A stretch of DNA of 64,000 nt, taken from positions 18,593-82,592 of the forward strand of contig JAPDJO010000028.1 of assembly GCA_029259115.1 (NCBI GenBank). The letters are read 5' to 3'. The stretch is from Thermoplasmatota archaeon. GTDB taxonomy: Archaea > Thermoplasmatota > E2 > DHVEG-1 > B18-G2. The position numbers were made by a program, and so were the translations under genes. Under the pieces are notes generated by a model that did no database searches, had not been told where the DNA came from, and was given only the letters and a program-made list of their open reading frames with translations. Shown piece after piece: positions 51,750-61,805 of the stretch (position 1 is the stretch's first letter; the number at the start of each line of letters is the position of its first letter).

Positions 51750-52783
51750 TGAGAAGACTAGCGGTCACATTGTTAATTGCGGTGTTATTATCCACTCCCT
51801 TAGCAACATGTAAACCAGTAAATACAGTTGTCATAAGAGTTGCGTATTATCCGGGTCTATTTTCCAAATTTTTAGCCAGTGATCCTATTTTTGAAGTTTT
51901 CAACTATAGTTGGGAAACAAACTCCACAGTGTATAGATTCGAACTGTTTGTTCTGGATAAGTTTGAAATGAGAGGTATTGGAAGTAAAAGGTTATCAACA
52001 AAAAATTTTGATGTTCTACTTGTCGGGAGTAACGCAAAGTCATATCTTCTTGATAGTAGAGACCCTCTGTGGAGAAATAACGTCAAGAGGTTTGTTTTGA
52101 GTGGAGGAGGCTATGTAGGAATATGTGGAGGGGCAGTACTTGCATCGTTGGGCTATAAAACAGCAAATTCCCTTTTTGAGAGATATATAAACAGGTACAC
52201 TCTTAAATTGATAGATGTGTATATAAATGATGATTTTGATGAAGAGTGGCAATATCTTCTAAAGCTTTCTTACTCAGAAAGGTTGAGTGATGTTTTTGGG
52301 ATCCCTGTACCAGTGAACATAGTAAATGAAGAGCTGATGGGCATGAAAGGGAAAAGGATTATCATATGGTGCGGTGGTCCCGGGATCTACATAAAAAACT
52401 CAACGAAACAGAGCATACTCCCTTTGATGAGGTACGAGAGAGAAATATCTGACATAGCACCTATCCACAGGATACTAGTAAAAAAGGATTTTAGAATTGC
52501 TATAGGTAAGATAAAAACGGATTTGAATGGGAGCCTAGCCGGTGTATCTACGCAGAATGGCGGAAGAATTGTTCTTTTCGGCCCGCATCCTGAATTTAGC
52601 CCTGTGGAGGGAGGGAAAGTAAAGGAATTTTTGGGGTTATCCTCAATATTTGGTGTAAGGATTGTCTACAGATGGATTGGTGGAGAAAGAAAAAATCCTG
52701 AATATAATTGGTGGATGATAAGAAGAGTGGTTGCCTGGGCAGCAGGCATTGATATAAGAGATTTACCTCCCGTTACTGATTGA
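51734..52783 (+). CDS. secreted BPL_N-like class I glutamine-amidotransferase-fold protein
   Basis: Signal peptide, FV..GGGYVGICGGA nucleophile elbow, GGP, G.I.LFGPHPE. Confidence 0.75.
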   Translation: MGVRMMRRLAVTLLIAVLLSTPLATCKPVNTVVIRVAYYPGLFSKFLASDPIFEVFNYSWETNSTVYRFELFVLDKFEMRGIGSKRLSTKNFDVLLVGSNAKSYLLDSRDPLWRNNVKRFVLSGGGYVGICGGAVLASLGYKTANSLFERYINRYTLKLIDVYINDDFDEEWQYLLKLSYSERLSDVFGIPVPVNIVNEELMGMKGKRIIIWCGGPGIYIKNSTKQSILPLMRYEREISDIAPIHRILVKKDFRIAIGKIKTDLNGSLAGVSTQNGGRIVLFGPHPEFSPVEGGKVKEFLGLSSIFGVRIVYRWIGGERKNPEYNWWMIRRVVAWAAGIDIRDLPPVTD

Positions 52784-52785
52784 TC

Positions 52786-53739
52786 TTATCGAAGTTTCTT
52801 GGATAACCTTTTCATCATGTCTTCAACCATCTTTTCGAGATCATAATCTGGTTTCCATCCCCACTCCTGTCTAGCGCAAGAATCATCTATAGTTCTGGGC
52901 CATGTTTCCGCTATTTTTTGTCTGAAATCTGGTTTGTATTCGCATTCAAAATCTGGTCTATACTTCCTTATCTCCTCTTCTAATTCCTTTGCGGAAAAGC
53001 TCATACCAGATACATTGAAATTTGTATGATGCTTTAATCTTGAGAAATCTGCCTCCATAAGTTGAATCGTAGCTTTCAAACAGTCAGGCATGTACATCAT
53101 CGGTAAAACGGTGTCCTCCCTCACAAAACATGTGTACTTTTCACCTTTAACAGCATAGTAAAACATCTCAACCGCATAATCTGTAGTTCCTCCGCCTGGC
53201 GGAGTCTCGCTGCTTATTATGCCTGGATATCTCACACCTCTAACATCTACTCCATATTTCTGAACATAATATTCTCCTAGAAGTTCTCCGACCACCTTTG
53301 TTATTCCATACATGGTTGTAGGAGTAAGTATCGTATCCTGAGGGGTATTTTCTTTTGGAGTGCTTGGACCAAATACCGCTATTGAGCTTGGGCAGAAAAT
53401 CCTTATTCTTTTCTCTCTTGCTATCTCCAGCAGATTATAAAGACCATTTACGTTAACGTCCCAGCATAATTGAGGATTGTTTTCTCCAGTAGCAGACAGT
53501 ATGGCTGCCATATGATAGACTGTATCTATATCATACTCTCTGATTATCTTTTCCAGATTCTCTCTATCTCTAACATCTCCAGTAATATAAGGACCTGATT
53601 CTTCTAAGGTTTTGCTCGGTTTTCTGCGATGCCCCATCGCTATAACGTTATCTTTTCCGTACTTCTCCCTCAGAGTAACTGTAAGTTCCGATCCTATCTG
53701 ACCTGTTGCACCTGTTACCAATATACGATAATCTGACAT
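52786..53739 (-). CDS. tdh: L-threonine 3-dehydrogenase (GalE-like SDR)
   Basis: TGATGQIG.EL, AAILSATGE, PSSIAVFG, YGITK, PGGGTTDYA, RQ.IA..WP. Confidence 0.88.
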   Translation of the reverse strand: MSDYRILVTGATGQIGSELTVTLREKYGKDNVIAMGHRRKPSKTLEESGPYITGDVRDRENLEKIIREYDIDTVYHMAAILSATGENNPQLCWDVNVNGLYNLLEIAREKRIRIFCPSSIAVFGPSTPKENTPQDTILTPTTMYGITKVVGELLGEYYVQKYGVDVRGVRYPGIISSETPPGGGTTDYAVEMFYYAVKGEKYTCFVREDTVLPMMYMPDCLKATIQLMEADFSRLKHHTNFNVSGMSFSAKELEEEIRKYRPDFECEYKPDFRQKIAETWPRTIDDSCARQEWGWKPDYDLEKMVEDMMKRLSKKLR

Positions 53740-53762
53740 CGTATCCCCCTTAAGATACATAT

Positions 53763-55433
53763 CTATATGGCATAAACCTCCTTATATATCAAAGAGTTGA
53801 CAATCTCTTTTCTCTTTTCTCTAAACTTTTCAACCCTCTCTTTCGCTTCAAGGGATTCCTTCATCAATTTTTCTGCCTTCTTTCCTTTCAAGGCGTGAGA
53901 TTTTAGGTATTTATCTCTGTAGATACTCGGAAATACGTTGTATGTACAGAATGGTATTATTCTGTTACCTGCCGCATAATGTATGCTGCATCTCTGCACT
54001 CGATTAACATCATAATTATAGTAATCTTGGAAATGCATCATTCCTAGGAACAGGAAATTGTAGTGAAACTCCCTGAGTGAAGAATAGCTTCCTTCCTCCA
54101 TGATCCTATCCAAAATATCCGAAAGTTTCTTTCCGTTTGGAAGTTCATCTTGAATTATATAGTCAATAAGTTTCTTAGCAAGAGCTCTTCTAAAACTTAA
54201 ATATCTTATAGCGGAAGGAATCAATTCCAAACCAAACAATACCTTTCTAATCATGCTATCGTGAATACTCTCTATGTCCTTCAAGAATCTGTCAACGTCA
54301 ACAAATTCTGTTATAGGTATAAGTTTCTTCTTCTTTCTATCAACATATACATATGTAGCTATCCCGCATTTCTCGTTGTTGTAGAAATGAACATGAGGCT
54401 CTCTTCCTATAAGATCAGCAAGAGCAGCAACGCAAGGCACAGGGTACCATGCTTCCATACCAAAGTTAAATTTCTTTTTGATCTGCTCAACTATATCAGA
54501 CTGAACAACCCTAAGCTTTTCTCTTTCTCCCTTCTTTATGAATCCAACCAAAGATATAGGCTGAAAGTTCACTCCCTTTATACCCCTATCAACATTGTGC
54601 ATCGCGAATCTAACTATGTCTGGAGTTTCCTTGAGATTTATCTGGCTTACAGTTGGAACAAGGACTATACTCTTTATTCCTCCTTCCTTGTATGCCTGGA
54701 GAGCGAATGGAGTTTCGTAATGGGTCTTTGGATTGCTATTTGGATCAGGTTTCAAACCATCAAAAGATGTGTATACCGTATTTACTCCCGCATCTTTCCA
54801 ATCAGATACCATCTTTATAGCCTTTTTGGGATTTTCGTAGTATTCTATACCAAGGGATACAGAATTGGTATTCAATTGGACATGCGGCGATCCTAGATCT
54901 TTAGCAAGCTTTATTATATCTCTTAAGTCCTCTCTAAGTATGGGTTCTCCTCCAGTAATCTGTATCGGCGGAGTGTAACCGTTCATCTCTCTAGCAAGCT
55001 TGATTCCTTTCTCTATCTCTTTTAAACTTGGTTCGTAAACAAAGCCTGCTTTCTCTTCATAAAAAAAACAATACCAGCATCTCAAATCGCATCTGTTTGT
55101 TGCAACTACATTCAAAAGAGCTGTGGTGTTTTTGTGTTGCTTGCATAACCCGCAGTTACCGAGATCTCTGCGATGCTCTATCTCTGTATTGATCTTTGCA
55201 ACATAGTTCTCCTTGACCTTAAATCTCATTATCTTTTCCCAGTATTCCTTGGTACCGATTCTCTCTTTTGTACCGTTTGCTTTTATTAGATAGACCATGC
55301 CATCCTTCTCAGCATAAGCTGCATCTATAACCTTCGGAACTTTTCCATCCTTTATGGTTTTGTCATCTACACTCTTTGTTTTCTCTAGTACGTTAAAACC
55401 TTCTTTATTTGCGATCTCATCTATGGATATCAT
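53763..55433 (-). CDS. tes: tetraether lipid synthase (Tes/GDGT-MAS)-family radical SAM protein
   Basis: CGLC..H, TNRCDLRCWYCFFY, YEPS, QITGGEP, NFQP, MHFQD.YNYD..RV.RC.IHY, IPFC.YN. Confidence 0.8.
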   Translation of the reverse strand: MISIDEIANKEGFNVLEKTKSVDDKTIKDGKVPKVIDAAYAEKDGMVYLIKANGTKERIGTKEYWEKIMRFKVKENYVAKINTEIEHRRDLGNCGLCKQHKNTTALLNVVATNRCDLRCWYCFFYEEKAGFVYEPSLKEIEKGIKLAREMNGYTPPIQITGGEPILREDLRDIIKLAKDLGSPHVQLNTNSVSLGIEYYENPKKAIKMVSDWKDAGVNTVYTSFDGLKPDPNSNPKTHYETPFALQAYKEGGIKSIVLVPTVSQINLKETPDIVRFAMHNVDRGIKGVNFQPISLVGFIKKGEREKLRVVQSDIVEQIKKKFNFGMEAWYPVPCVAALADLIGREPHVHFYNNEKCGIATYVYVDRKKKKLIPITEFVDVDRFLKDIESIHDSMIRKVLFGLELIPSAIRYLSFRRALAKKLIDYIIQDELPNGKKLSDILDRIMEEGSYSSLREFHYNFLFLGMMHFQDYYNYDVNRVQRCSIHYAAGNRIIPFCTYNVFPSIYRDKYLKSHALKGKKAEKLMKESLEAKERVEKFREKRKEIVNSLIYKEVYAI

Positions 55434-55542
55434 GATATGAGCCTACGAAATGGCTTTACAAATATAAAGTTTGTCAAAACCTCCATTTCCATATCTAAGG
55501 AAGTTTTTATATATCCAAATATCTATTAAGTATCGGGATGGG

Positions 55543-58458
55543 ATGGAACTAGTAAACATAGGATGGCTAGCCCTATTTACATTCACAGCATCTCTAGGAA
55601 TTTCTTTTACATATCTCTATAAGCTCAACAGAAACAAGAAGATGCTCATGTTTGGAATTTCTTTCTTTACAAGCTCCATATGCTATCTACTAGTAGCATT
55701 TGATGTAGAGCATCTTTACTATGGCATTTATCAGTGGACTTCATTTCCCATGATGATAGCCATTCTTATATGCGCCGCCGAAGGGATTTTCAAGATCAAA
55801 TCCTTTACAAAATTGTTTAAGGCTTTCCTAGTAACAATAACAGTAATCCTGATTGCATTTCTCATCTTACCTGAAAAACTGGTTATGTATACTTATCTTG
55901 TAAGAATACCGCTAACGGCATCTATAATGGTCATGCTCTTATATCTATCCATTTCAGAGAGGGAGTTATCAAATTTTCTTTTCTTGTCCGCTATCTCATG
56001 TTATATCATTGCCGGAATATCTCAATCTAAAGGGTATCTTCCTCTATCCCTCTATTCTTACTTTACAGGTTACGTATTTATCTCGTTGATATCATTCTCA
56101 GAACAACAGCCTCGAAGGCATGGTGTAAGTACTTTTCTCAATATGAGAAGAGAACTTGAATTGACAAGAAGAAAGCTATCAAAGATAGCGGAGGAACAAA
56201 AAATTATAATAGAAAACATCCCTGCAATGGTTTATCTGAAAGATGAGAAAAATCGATTCGTGAGAGTGAATAAAGCTTTTTGCGAATTTATGTGCAAAAA
56301 TCTTAGTATTAAAAGCGATAACATAATAGGTAAAAGAGCAGAAGATATTTTTCCCCAAAAATATCTAAGCCTATTTTCGGAAGATGAACTTGTATTAAAA
56401 ACTGGTCAACCAAAATTAGATATTTTGAAAGGACTTAATGTGGATGGTAAAAGCATATGGTTAAATATAAATAAGATACCATACAACGCTTATGGAAAAG
56501 TCAAGGGTTTGGTGTGTATAGCCTATGATGTTACAGAAAGTATAGAGAAGGAAAGATTGTTAAGGGAAAGTAGAGAAAGATTCAGAACTTTGGCAGAGAC
56601 TTCACCTTTTGCAATAATCGTCTACCAAATAGAGGATATAGTATATGCAAATCATGCGGCAGAAATTATTACTGGTTTTTCGAAAGGTGAACTGATAAGG
56701 AAGAAATTTTGGGAACTCATACATCCTGAGTTTAGAGAGGTAGTGAGGGAGAGGAGCCTGGAAAGACAAAAGGGGAAAGAAATATCTCCATACGAATGCA
56801 AGATAATCACAAAGGATGGTTCGGAGAAATGGATTCGGATAACGGGGAGCAGAATAATATGGAACGGTATGCCGGCAGGTATAGTTACAGCCGTAGATAT
56901 TACCGATATTAAAAACTTTGAAAATTACCTGAAAGAAAGTGAAAGAAGGTTCAGGGTTCTGGCTGAAAGCTCGCCAATAGACATATTGGTTATACAGGAT
57001 GGAAGATTTGTATTTGCAAACTTTGATATTGCGAAGGTCACAGGTTACTCGAGGAAGGAAATTCTGTCTAAGAATTTCTTGGACATGATACATCCTGAGT
57101 TTAAGGAGAAAGTTCAAAAGAAATATCTAGACTTATTATCTGGTAAACATGTTTCTCCTATGGAATGCAAAATTCTAGATAAAAGTGGAAGAGAAAAATG
57201 GGCTTTGATAGGTGGCAACCTAATAGATTGGGAAGGTAAACCTTCCATTTTGATAGCTGTAACTGATATCACAGACAGAAAAAAGGCTGAGGAAGAAGCA
57301 ATAAGGGCTAAAAGGTATATGGAGAACATTTTGCACGCAGCCGGAGATGGTATAAGAATAATTGGACTAGATTACAAAGTAAAGATGCTCAACAGGAGAA
57401 TGGCGAGGATGGCAAAGGTAAAGATGAAGGAAGGTTTAGGAATGAAATGTTACGAGATGTTCAGAGCAGATATATGTAGAACAGAAGACTGTTCTCTGAG
57501 AAGAGTACTTAGAACAGGAAGGGGTTTTCAAAAGGAGAGTTTGAGATATTCTACAGATGGAAAAGCCATACCATGCCTACAGATGGTTACTCCCCTCAAG
57601 GATTCCAATGGAAATATAGTTGGAATAATAGAAGATTTCAGGGATATAAGGGTAATAAAGAAAGCCGAAGAAAGATTGAGGAGGGCGCATGAGATGCTCA
57701 AGAGGAAAAAGGAGCAGCTAGAGAAGCTTAACAATTTGAAAAGTCTCTTCCTAAACATAACTTCTCACGAGTTAAGAACGCCTATGACTGCCATAAGAGG
57801 ATATGCTCAACTTTTGACGTTAGGAGCTTTAGGAAAGATAGATGAAGAGCAAAAGAAGGTTCTAGAAACGATAATAAGGAATATAGATAGGCTGAACAAA
57901 CTCATAAACGACATACTCGATGTTTCCAGATTGGAATCAGGGACTTTAAAAATAACCCCAGAAAAATGCAGGATAGAGGAGATAATAGATAATGCGATAG
58001 AGACAATGAACGGTCATGCAAAGTTGAAGAATATAAAGATAGAAAAGCTAGTAGAATACGATCTGCCCGAACTGTTTTTAGATAAATATAGGATGGAGCA
58101 GGTTGTAACTAATCTCCTAAATAACGCTATAAAATTTTCAAACAGAAACAGCAAGATAATAGTCAGGGCTAGAAGAGAAGGTGAAAATGTAATCTTAGAG
58201 ATTCAAGATTTTGGTAGAGGCATACCAAAGAATAAACTAAGTAAGATTTTTGAACCATTTTACCAAGTTGATTCTGGTATGGACAGAAAGTTCGGCGGCG
58301 CAGGGCTTGGATTGACGATAGTCAAAGGTATAGTTGAGGGACATGGTGGAAGTGTGGAAGTTGAAAGTAAGGTAGGAGAGGGAAGTACATTTAGGGTAAT
58401 ACTGCCTATCCGTTATGTCGGAGAAGAGAGAAAGGTTAAAATATTAACAGTGGAGTGA
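55543..58458 (+). CDS. membrane multi-PAS sensor histidine kinase
   Basis: N-terminal TM bundle, four PAS/PAC units, SHELRTP, NLLNNAIKF, D.G.GI, GAGLGL. Confidence 0.92.
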   Translation: MELVNIGWLALFTFTASLGISFTYLYKLNRNKKMLMFGISFFTSSICYLLVAFDVEHLYYGIYQWTSFPMMIAILICAAEGIFKIKSFTKLFKAFLVTITVILIAFLILPEKLVMYTYLVRIPLTASIMVMLLYLSISERELSNFLFLSAISCYIIAGISQSKGYLPLSLYSYFTGYVFISLISFSEQQPRRHGVSTFLNMRRELELTRRKLSKIAEEQKIIIENIPAMVYLKDEKNRFVRVNKAFCEFMCKNLSIKSDNIIGKRAEDIFPQKYLSLFSEDELVLKTGQPKLDILKGLNVDGKSIWLNINKIPYNAYGKVKGLVCIAYDVTESIEKERLLRESRERFRTLAETSPFAIIVYQIEDIVYANHAAEIITGFSKGELIRKKFWELIHPEFREVVRERSLERQKGKEISPYECKIITKDGSEKWIRITGSRIIWNGMPAGIVTAVDITDIKNFENYLKESERRFRVLAESSPIDILVIQDGRFVFANFDIAKVTGYSRKEILSKNFLDMIHPEFKEKVQKKYLDLLSGKHVSPMECKILDKSGREKWALIGGNLIDWEGKPSILIAVTDITDRKKAEEEAIRAKRYMENILHAAGDGIRIIGLDYKVKMLNRRMARMAKVKMKEGLGMKCYEMFRADICRTEDCSLRRVLRTGRGFQKESLRYSTDGKAIPCLQMVTPLKDSNGNIVGIIEDFRDIRVIKKAEERLRRAHEMLKRKKEQLEKLNNLKSLFLNITSHELRTPMTAIRGYAQLLTLGALGKIDEEQKKVLETIIRNIDRLNKLINDILDVSRLESGTLKITPEKCRIEEIIDNAIETMNGHAKLKNIKIEKLVEYDLPELFLDKYRMEQVVTNLLNNAIKFSNRNSKIIVRARREGENVILEIQDFGRGIPKNKLSKIFEPFYQVDSGMDRKFGGAGLGLTIVKGIVEGHGGSVEVESKVGEGSTFRVILPIRYVGEERKVKILTVE

Positions 58459-58832
58459 TGGTTACGATGGCAAGAGTGATGGTAGTTGATGATGAGGAGG
58501 ATCTTAGAAATCTAGTAAAGATGGTGATGGAAAAAGAGGGATTCGAGGTTGAGGGTGCTGAAGATGGAAATGATTTCCTAGAAAAGGTTGATAGATTCCA
58601 GCCAGATATCGTTATACTAGATGTCATGATGCCCGGACCTTCGACTAAGGAGATTCTGCAGAAACTCAGAGAAAAAGGTGTGGATTCAAAGATAGTGCTA
58701 TTGACAGTTGTAAGATTCTCAAGTGAAGAGATAAAAAAATTATCTGAAATGGGGAATGTTGTCGGGTACATGACAAAGCCTTTTGATATCCCTGAACTAG
58801 TATCTGAGATCAACAAACATATAAAGGCATAA
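58455..58832 (+). CDS. stand-alone response regulator receiver
   Basis: VMVVDDE, LDVMMP, LLT, KPF. Confidence 0.9.
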   Translation: MMVTMARVMVVDDEEDLRNLVKMVMEKEGFEVEGAEDGNDFLEKVDRFQPDIVILDVMMPGPSTKEILQKLREKGVDSKIVLLTVVRFSSEEIKKLSEMGNVVGYMTKPFDIPELVSEINKHIKA

Positions 58833-58834
58833 AG

Positions 58835-59494
58835 ATGGAGACGGAAACTTTAAGAATAAACTACTGGAAAGGAATCAATAAAGAGCTCGATGATATACTG
58901 AAAGATATAAAAGGCATCATATTCTTGATTCACAACTCTGCTGAAATTGAGGACATACTTAGTTTTTTGACGAGATTTAGACCACAAGATCAAGTAGATA
59001 TACTATATATTTCTCTAATTAGGAGCTATTATCATATCAAGCTATCTCTGGAAGGTAAGGACTTGGGAAACAGGAGATTATTCATCTTAGACTCTGTAAC
59101 ATCTATGATTACTGATGTCGATGAAGAAAAAGGTTTTGAGGGTAAAGAAAAGATAGAAGGAATTTTTAGAAAGCCTCCATCAGACTTTAACAAGCTTAAA
59201 GATCTGATTATAGAAGGACTAGACTCCCTCAAGAAAGTGGGGATAACAGCTGATATAATAGTTATAGATTCCATCTCTCAGTTGATTAATCTTACATTCC
59301 CAACAGATTATCAGCTCAAAGGCTTCTACAATTTTCTGGAAGAGATGAGGAGAAATGTGTTGGGAGTAATTCATGATACTCTCATCATACTTTACGATGA
59401 CAAAACAGGTTATCTTAAACATTTACCGGTTGTTCATTCCGATCATATAATAAGGATGGAGGTCATCAAAGAAAAGCCAACTTGGAGAGGCTAG
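58835..59494 (+). CDS. inactivated KaiC/RecA-fold protein (iKaiC/DUF835-like)
   Basis: LYISL.RSY, FILDS, IVIDSISQL, D.II pattern but no Walker A. Confidence 0.6.
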   Translation: METETLRINYWKGINKELDDILKDIKGIIFLIHNSAEIEDILSFLTRFRPQDQVDILYISLIRSYYHIKLSLEGKDLGNRRLFILDSVTSMITDVDEEKGFEGKEKIEGIFRKPPSDFNKLKDLIIEGLDSLKKVGITADIIVIDSISQLINLTFPTDYQLKGFYNFLEEMRRNVLGVIHDTLIILYDDKTGYLKHLPVVHSDHIIRMEVIKEKPTWRG

Positions 59495-59497
59495 GAC

Positions 59498-60622
59498 ATG
59501 CATAAGATTGGCTTTATAGTCAACCCTATTGCGGGTATGGGAGGAAGAGTTGGCTTAAAAGGAACAGATGGTGTAATAAATGAAGCTATGAAGAAAGGTG
59601 CAAAACCTGTTGCTCCAGAAAGAGCAAAAGAGATGCTGAAAGTGTTTAAAGAAAAATGCGAAAAAGATGTGAAATGGCTAACATGCTCTGGAGAAATGGG
59701 GGAGAAGGAGTTAAAAGAGGTTGGCTTTCGGAACGTAGAAATAATTTACCATCCAGATTATCCAACAACCTCTGAGGATACAAAGGAAGCTTGTAGGAGG
59801 TTATTGGGCAAAGTAGATATAATAGTGTTCTGCGGCGGCGACGGTACAGCTAGAGACATAGCTACAGTAACTGATAAAAAAATTCCGATTTTGGGCATAC
59901 CTTCTGGAGTGAAGATGCACTCTGGAGTCTTTGGTGTGAATCCTGGAGCTACAGCTAAAAGTCTCTGTGAGTTCTTGGAAGGAGATTTAGATGTTGGTGA
60001 AGTTGAGATTCTGGACCTGGATGAAGAACTCTATAGGAAAGGTGAATGGAAGATCAGACTTTTTGATACGGTTCTTGGTCTGACAGAACCCACTTACATA
60101 CAGTCTGGAAAGGCAACATTCGAATCTGTAAGTGATGAAGAGATGAAAGAACAGATTGCTGAGCATATTATAGAGATGATGGAAAAAGACGATTCTCTTT
60201 TTATTCTAGGATCTGGGAGTACCCTTTACAAGATAGGTGAAAAATTGGGGATAGATAAGACTTTGTTAGGAATAGATGCTGTCTACAAGATGAAGTTGGT
60301 GGGGAAGGACCTAGATGAGAAAGGCATTCTTGACCTGCTAGATGAATATCGGAAGGCAAAGATCATTCTAAGCCCTATAGGTGCCCAAGGTTTTATTCTG
60401 GGCAGAGGAAATCTTCAAATAAGTCCAGAAGTTGTTAGGAGAGTGGGGATAGATAATATAATAGTCGTAGCCACTCCTTCAAAACTCTCAGCAACCCCGA
60501 TTTTGAGAGTCGATACAGGAGATAAAAATCTTGATAGAGAGTTTGCTGAGAAAGGATATATGATAGTTGTGACTGGTTATCGGATAATGAAGGCTGTTAA
60601 GATTCAAAGTGAAGAAAGGTAG
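59498..60622 (+). CDS. ATP-NAD/AcoX kinase-family protein
   Basis: NPIAGMGGRVGLKGTDG, GGDGTARD, PSGVKMHS.VF, QGFILGRGN.Q. Confidence 0.88.
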   Translation: MHKIGFIVNPIAGMGGRVGLKGTDGVINEAMKKGAKPVAPERAKEMLKVFKEKCEKDVKWLTCSGEMGEKELKEVGFRNVEIIYHPDYPTTSEDTKEACRRLLGKVDIIVFCGGDGTARDIATVTDKKIPILGIPSGVKMHSGVFGVNPGATAKSLCEFLEGDLDVGEVEILDLDEELYRKGEWKIRLFDTVLGLTEPTYIQSGKATFESVSDEEMKEQIAEHIIEMMEKDDSLFILGSGSTLYKIGEKLGIDKTLLGIDAVYKMKLVGKDLDEKGILDLLDEYRKAKIILSPIGAQGFILGRGNLQISPEVVRRVGIDNIIVVATPSKLSATPILRVDTGDKNLDREFAEKGYMIVVTGYRIMKAVKIQSEER

Positions 60623-60758
60623 GAACAGAAGATTTTTCCACCAGAGGATTGGTGAATAATTCGAATATATCGCCGTGAAACTGGAGTCTCTCTTGGATAA
60701 GACCATTGACGATAAAAATAGAAAGAGGGCAAAAAGGTTTATCCAATAAAGATTCTCT

Positions 60759-61439
60759 TTAGTATATTGTTGAACGGTTCCAGCGTTGCATTTTTTGTTG
60801 GTGCTTTTCTCTTTCGCCGGCTGGAATTGGATGATTGCCTACTTGCTTGTTTGGTTCTCTCACCGTGTCGGATCCTTTACTCATGCTTGGCTCGCTGCTG
60901 CTGCCCTCAGAGTTATTTACTACCACGATCACTGTTCCACTGTCAGATGCAGATGCGTGTGGACCAGATACTATTGCCGTTACCGTGTAATAGTATGTTC
61001 CTTCCTTCCAAGGTGCTTTAATGAACCCGCCTAGCAGAGGTATAAGTGCACGAGTGAAAGTTTTATTTATTGCTGGCGGCACGATAACCCTAGCTTCTCT
61101 CCCCGGTGAAACTGAGAAGTACACACTGTATGGGGCTAACCTCTTTGGTCGAAGGTCTTCGACTGTGGCGAATACCAAGATTTTGATGAGAGTTCCTCCC
61201 CCAACTTCTACCAAAAATGGTTTCACTTCTGCATAAGCTGTAGCCCGCATTATACCTGTTCTCATGTAACCGAGTCTCACTATTGCTCCTATTGTCGGCG
61301 AGGTAGGGGAAGCGTTGTTATGGTAAGGTTTCTCAACCACTTCTCTAGATTCGGCAGATTTTACGATTGTTGTCCCCAAAGCTGTAGCGATTAAGAGAGT
61401 TGCGATCAAGGCAGTTTTAAGCACGATTTTCTTTCTCAT
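60759..61439 (-). CDS. secreted hypothetical protein
   Basis: GAGGTGA SD before MRKKIVLK signal peptide; beta-rich core. Confidence 0.6.
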   Translation of the reverse strand: MRKKIVLKTALIATLLIATALGTTIVKSAESREVVEKPYHNNASPTSPTIGAIVRLGYMRTGIMRATAYAEVKPFLVEVGGGTLIKILVFATVEDLRPKRLAPYSVYFSVSPGREARVIVPPAINKTFTRALIPLLGGFIKAPWKEGTYYYTVTAIVSGPHASASDSGTVIVVVNNSEGSSSEPSMSKGSDTVREPNKQVGNHPIPAGEREKHQQKMQRWNRSTIY

Positions 61440-61805
61440 CTTTTCACCTCTTAAAAATATATTATTTTGCCTATATATTTCCTTTGCCCCTAACTCGTTG
61501 AACAAATCAGGATACTTTGACGCAGAGGGGATAATATGCAAGCTGAATGAAGTTAAACTAGATGAGAATTGTAGGGAAGGAAAATATTTGCTTTTACAAA
61601 GCTAATAGGCTACCGTTTGGAAAATCGGGTAGATTTCTACAGCGTAGCCGCCATGATCTAAACTGCTTTCAAAGAAGTTTTTCAAGGTTTTCCTGAGCCA
61701 ACTTTTCGACACAACCTATAAACTTATTTCTTGTGATAACTCTTTTATATAACCAAACCAACAACCTTTAAAAGACTTGACACATTAGCATTGTGGGGGA
61801 GTATA

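Noticed and set aside
61608-61649. GGCTAC...GTAGCC stem with inner GTAGA-TT-TCTAC hairpin in the spacer before kbl
   Set aside because: Short stems expected by chance; no riboswitch consensus recognised
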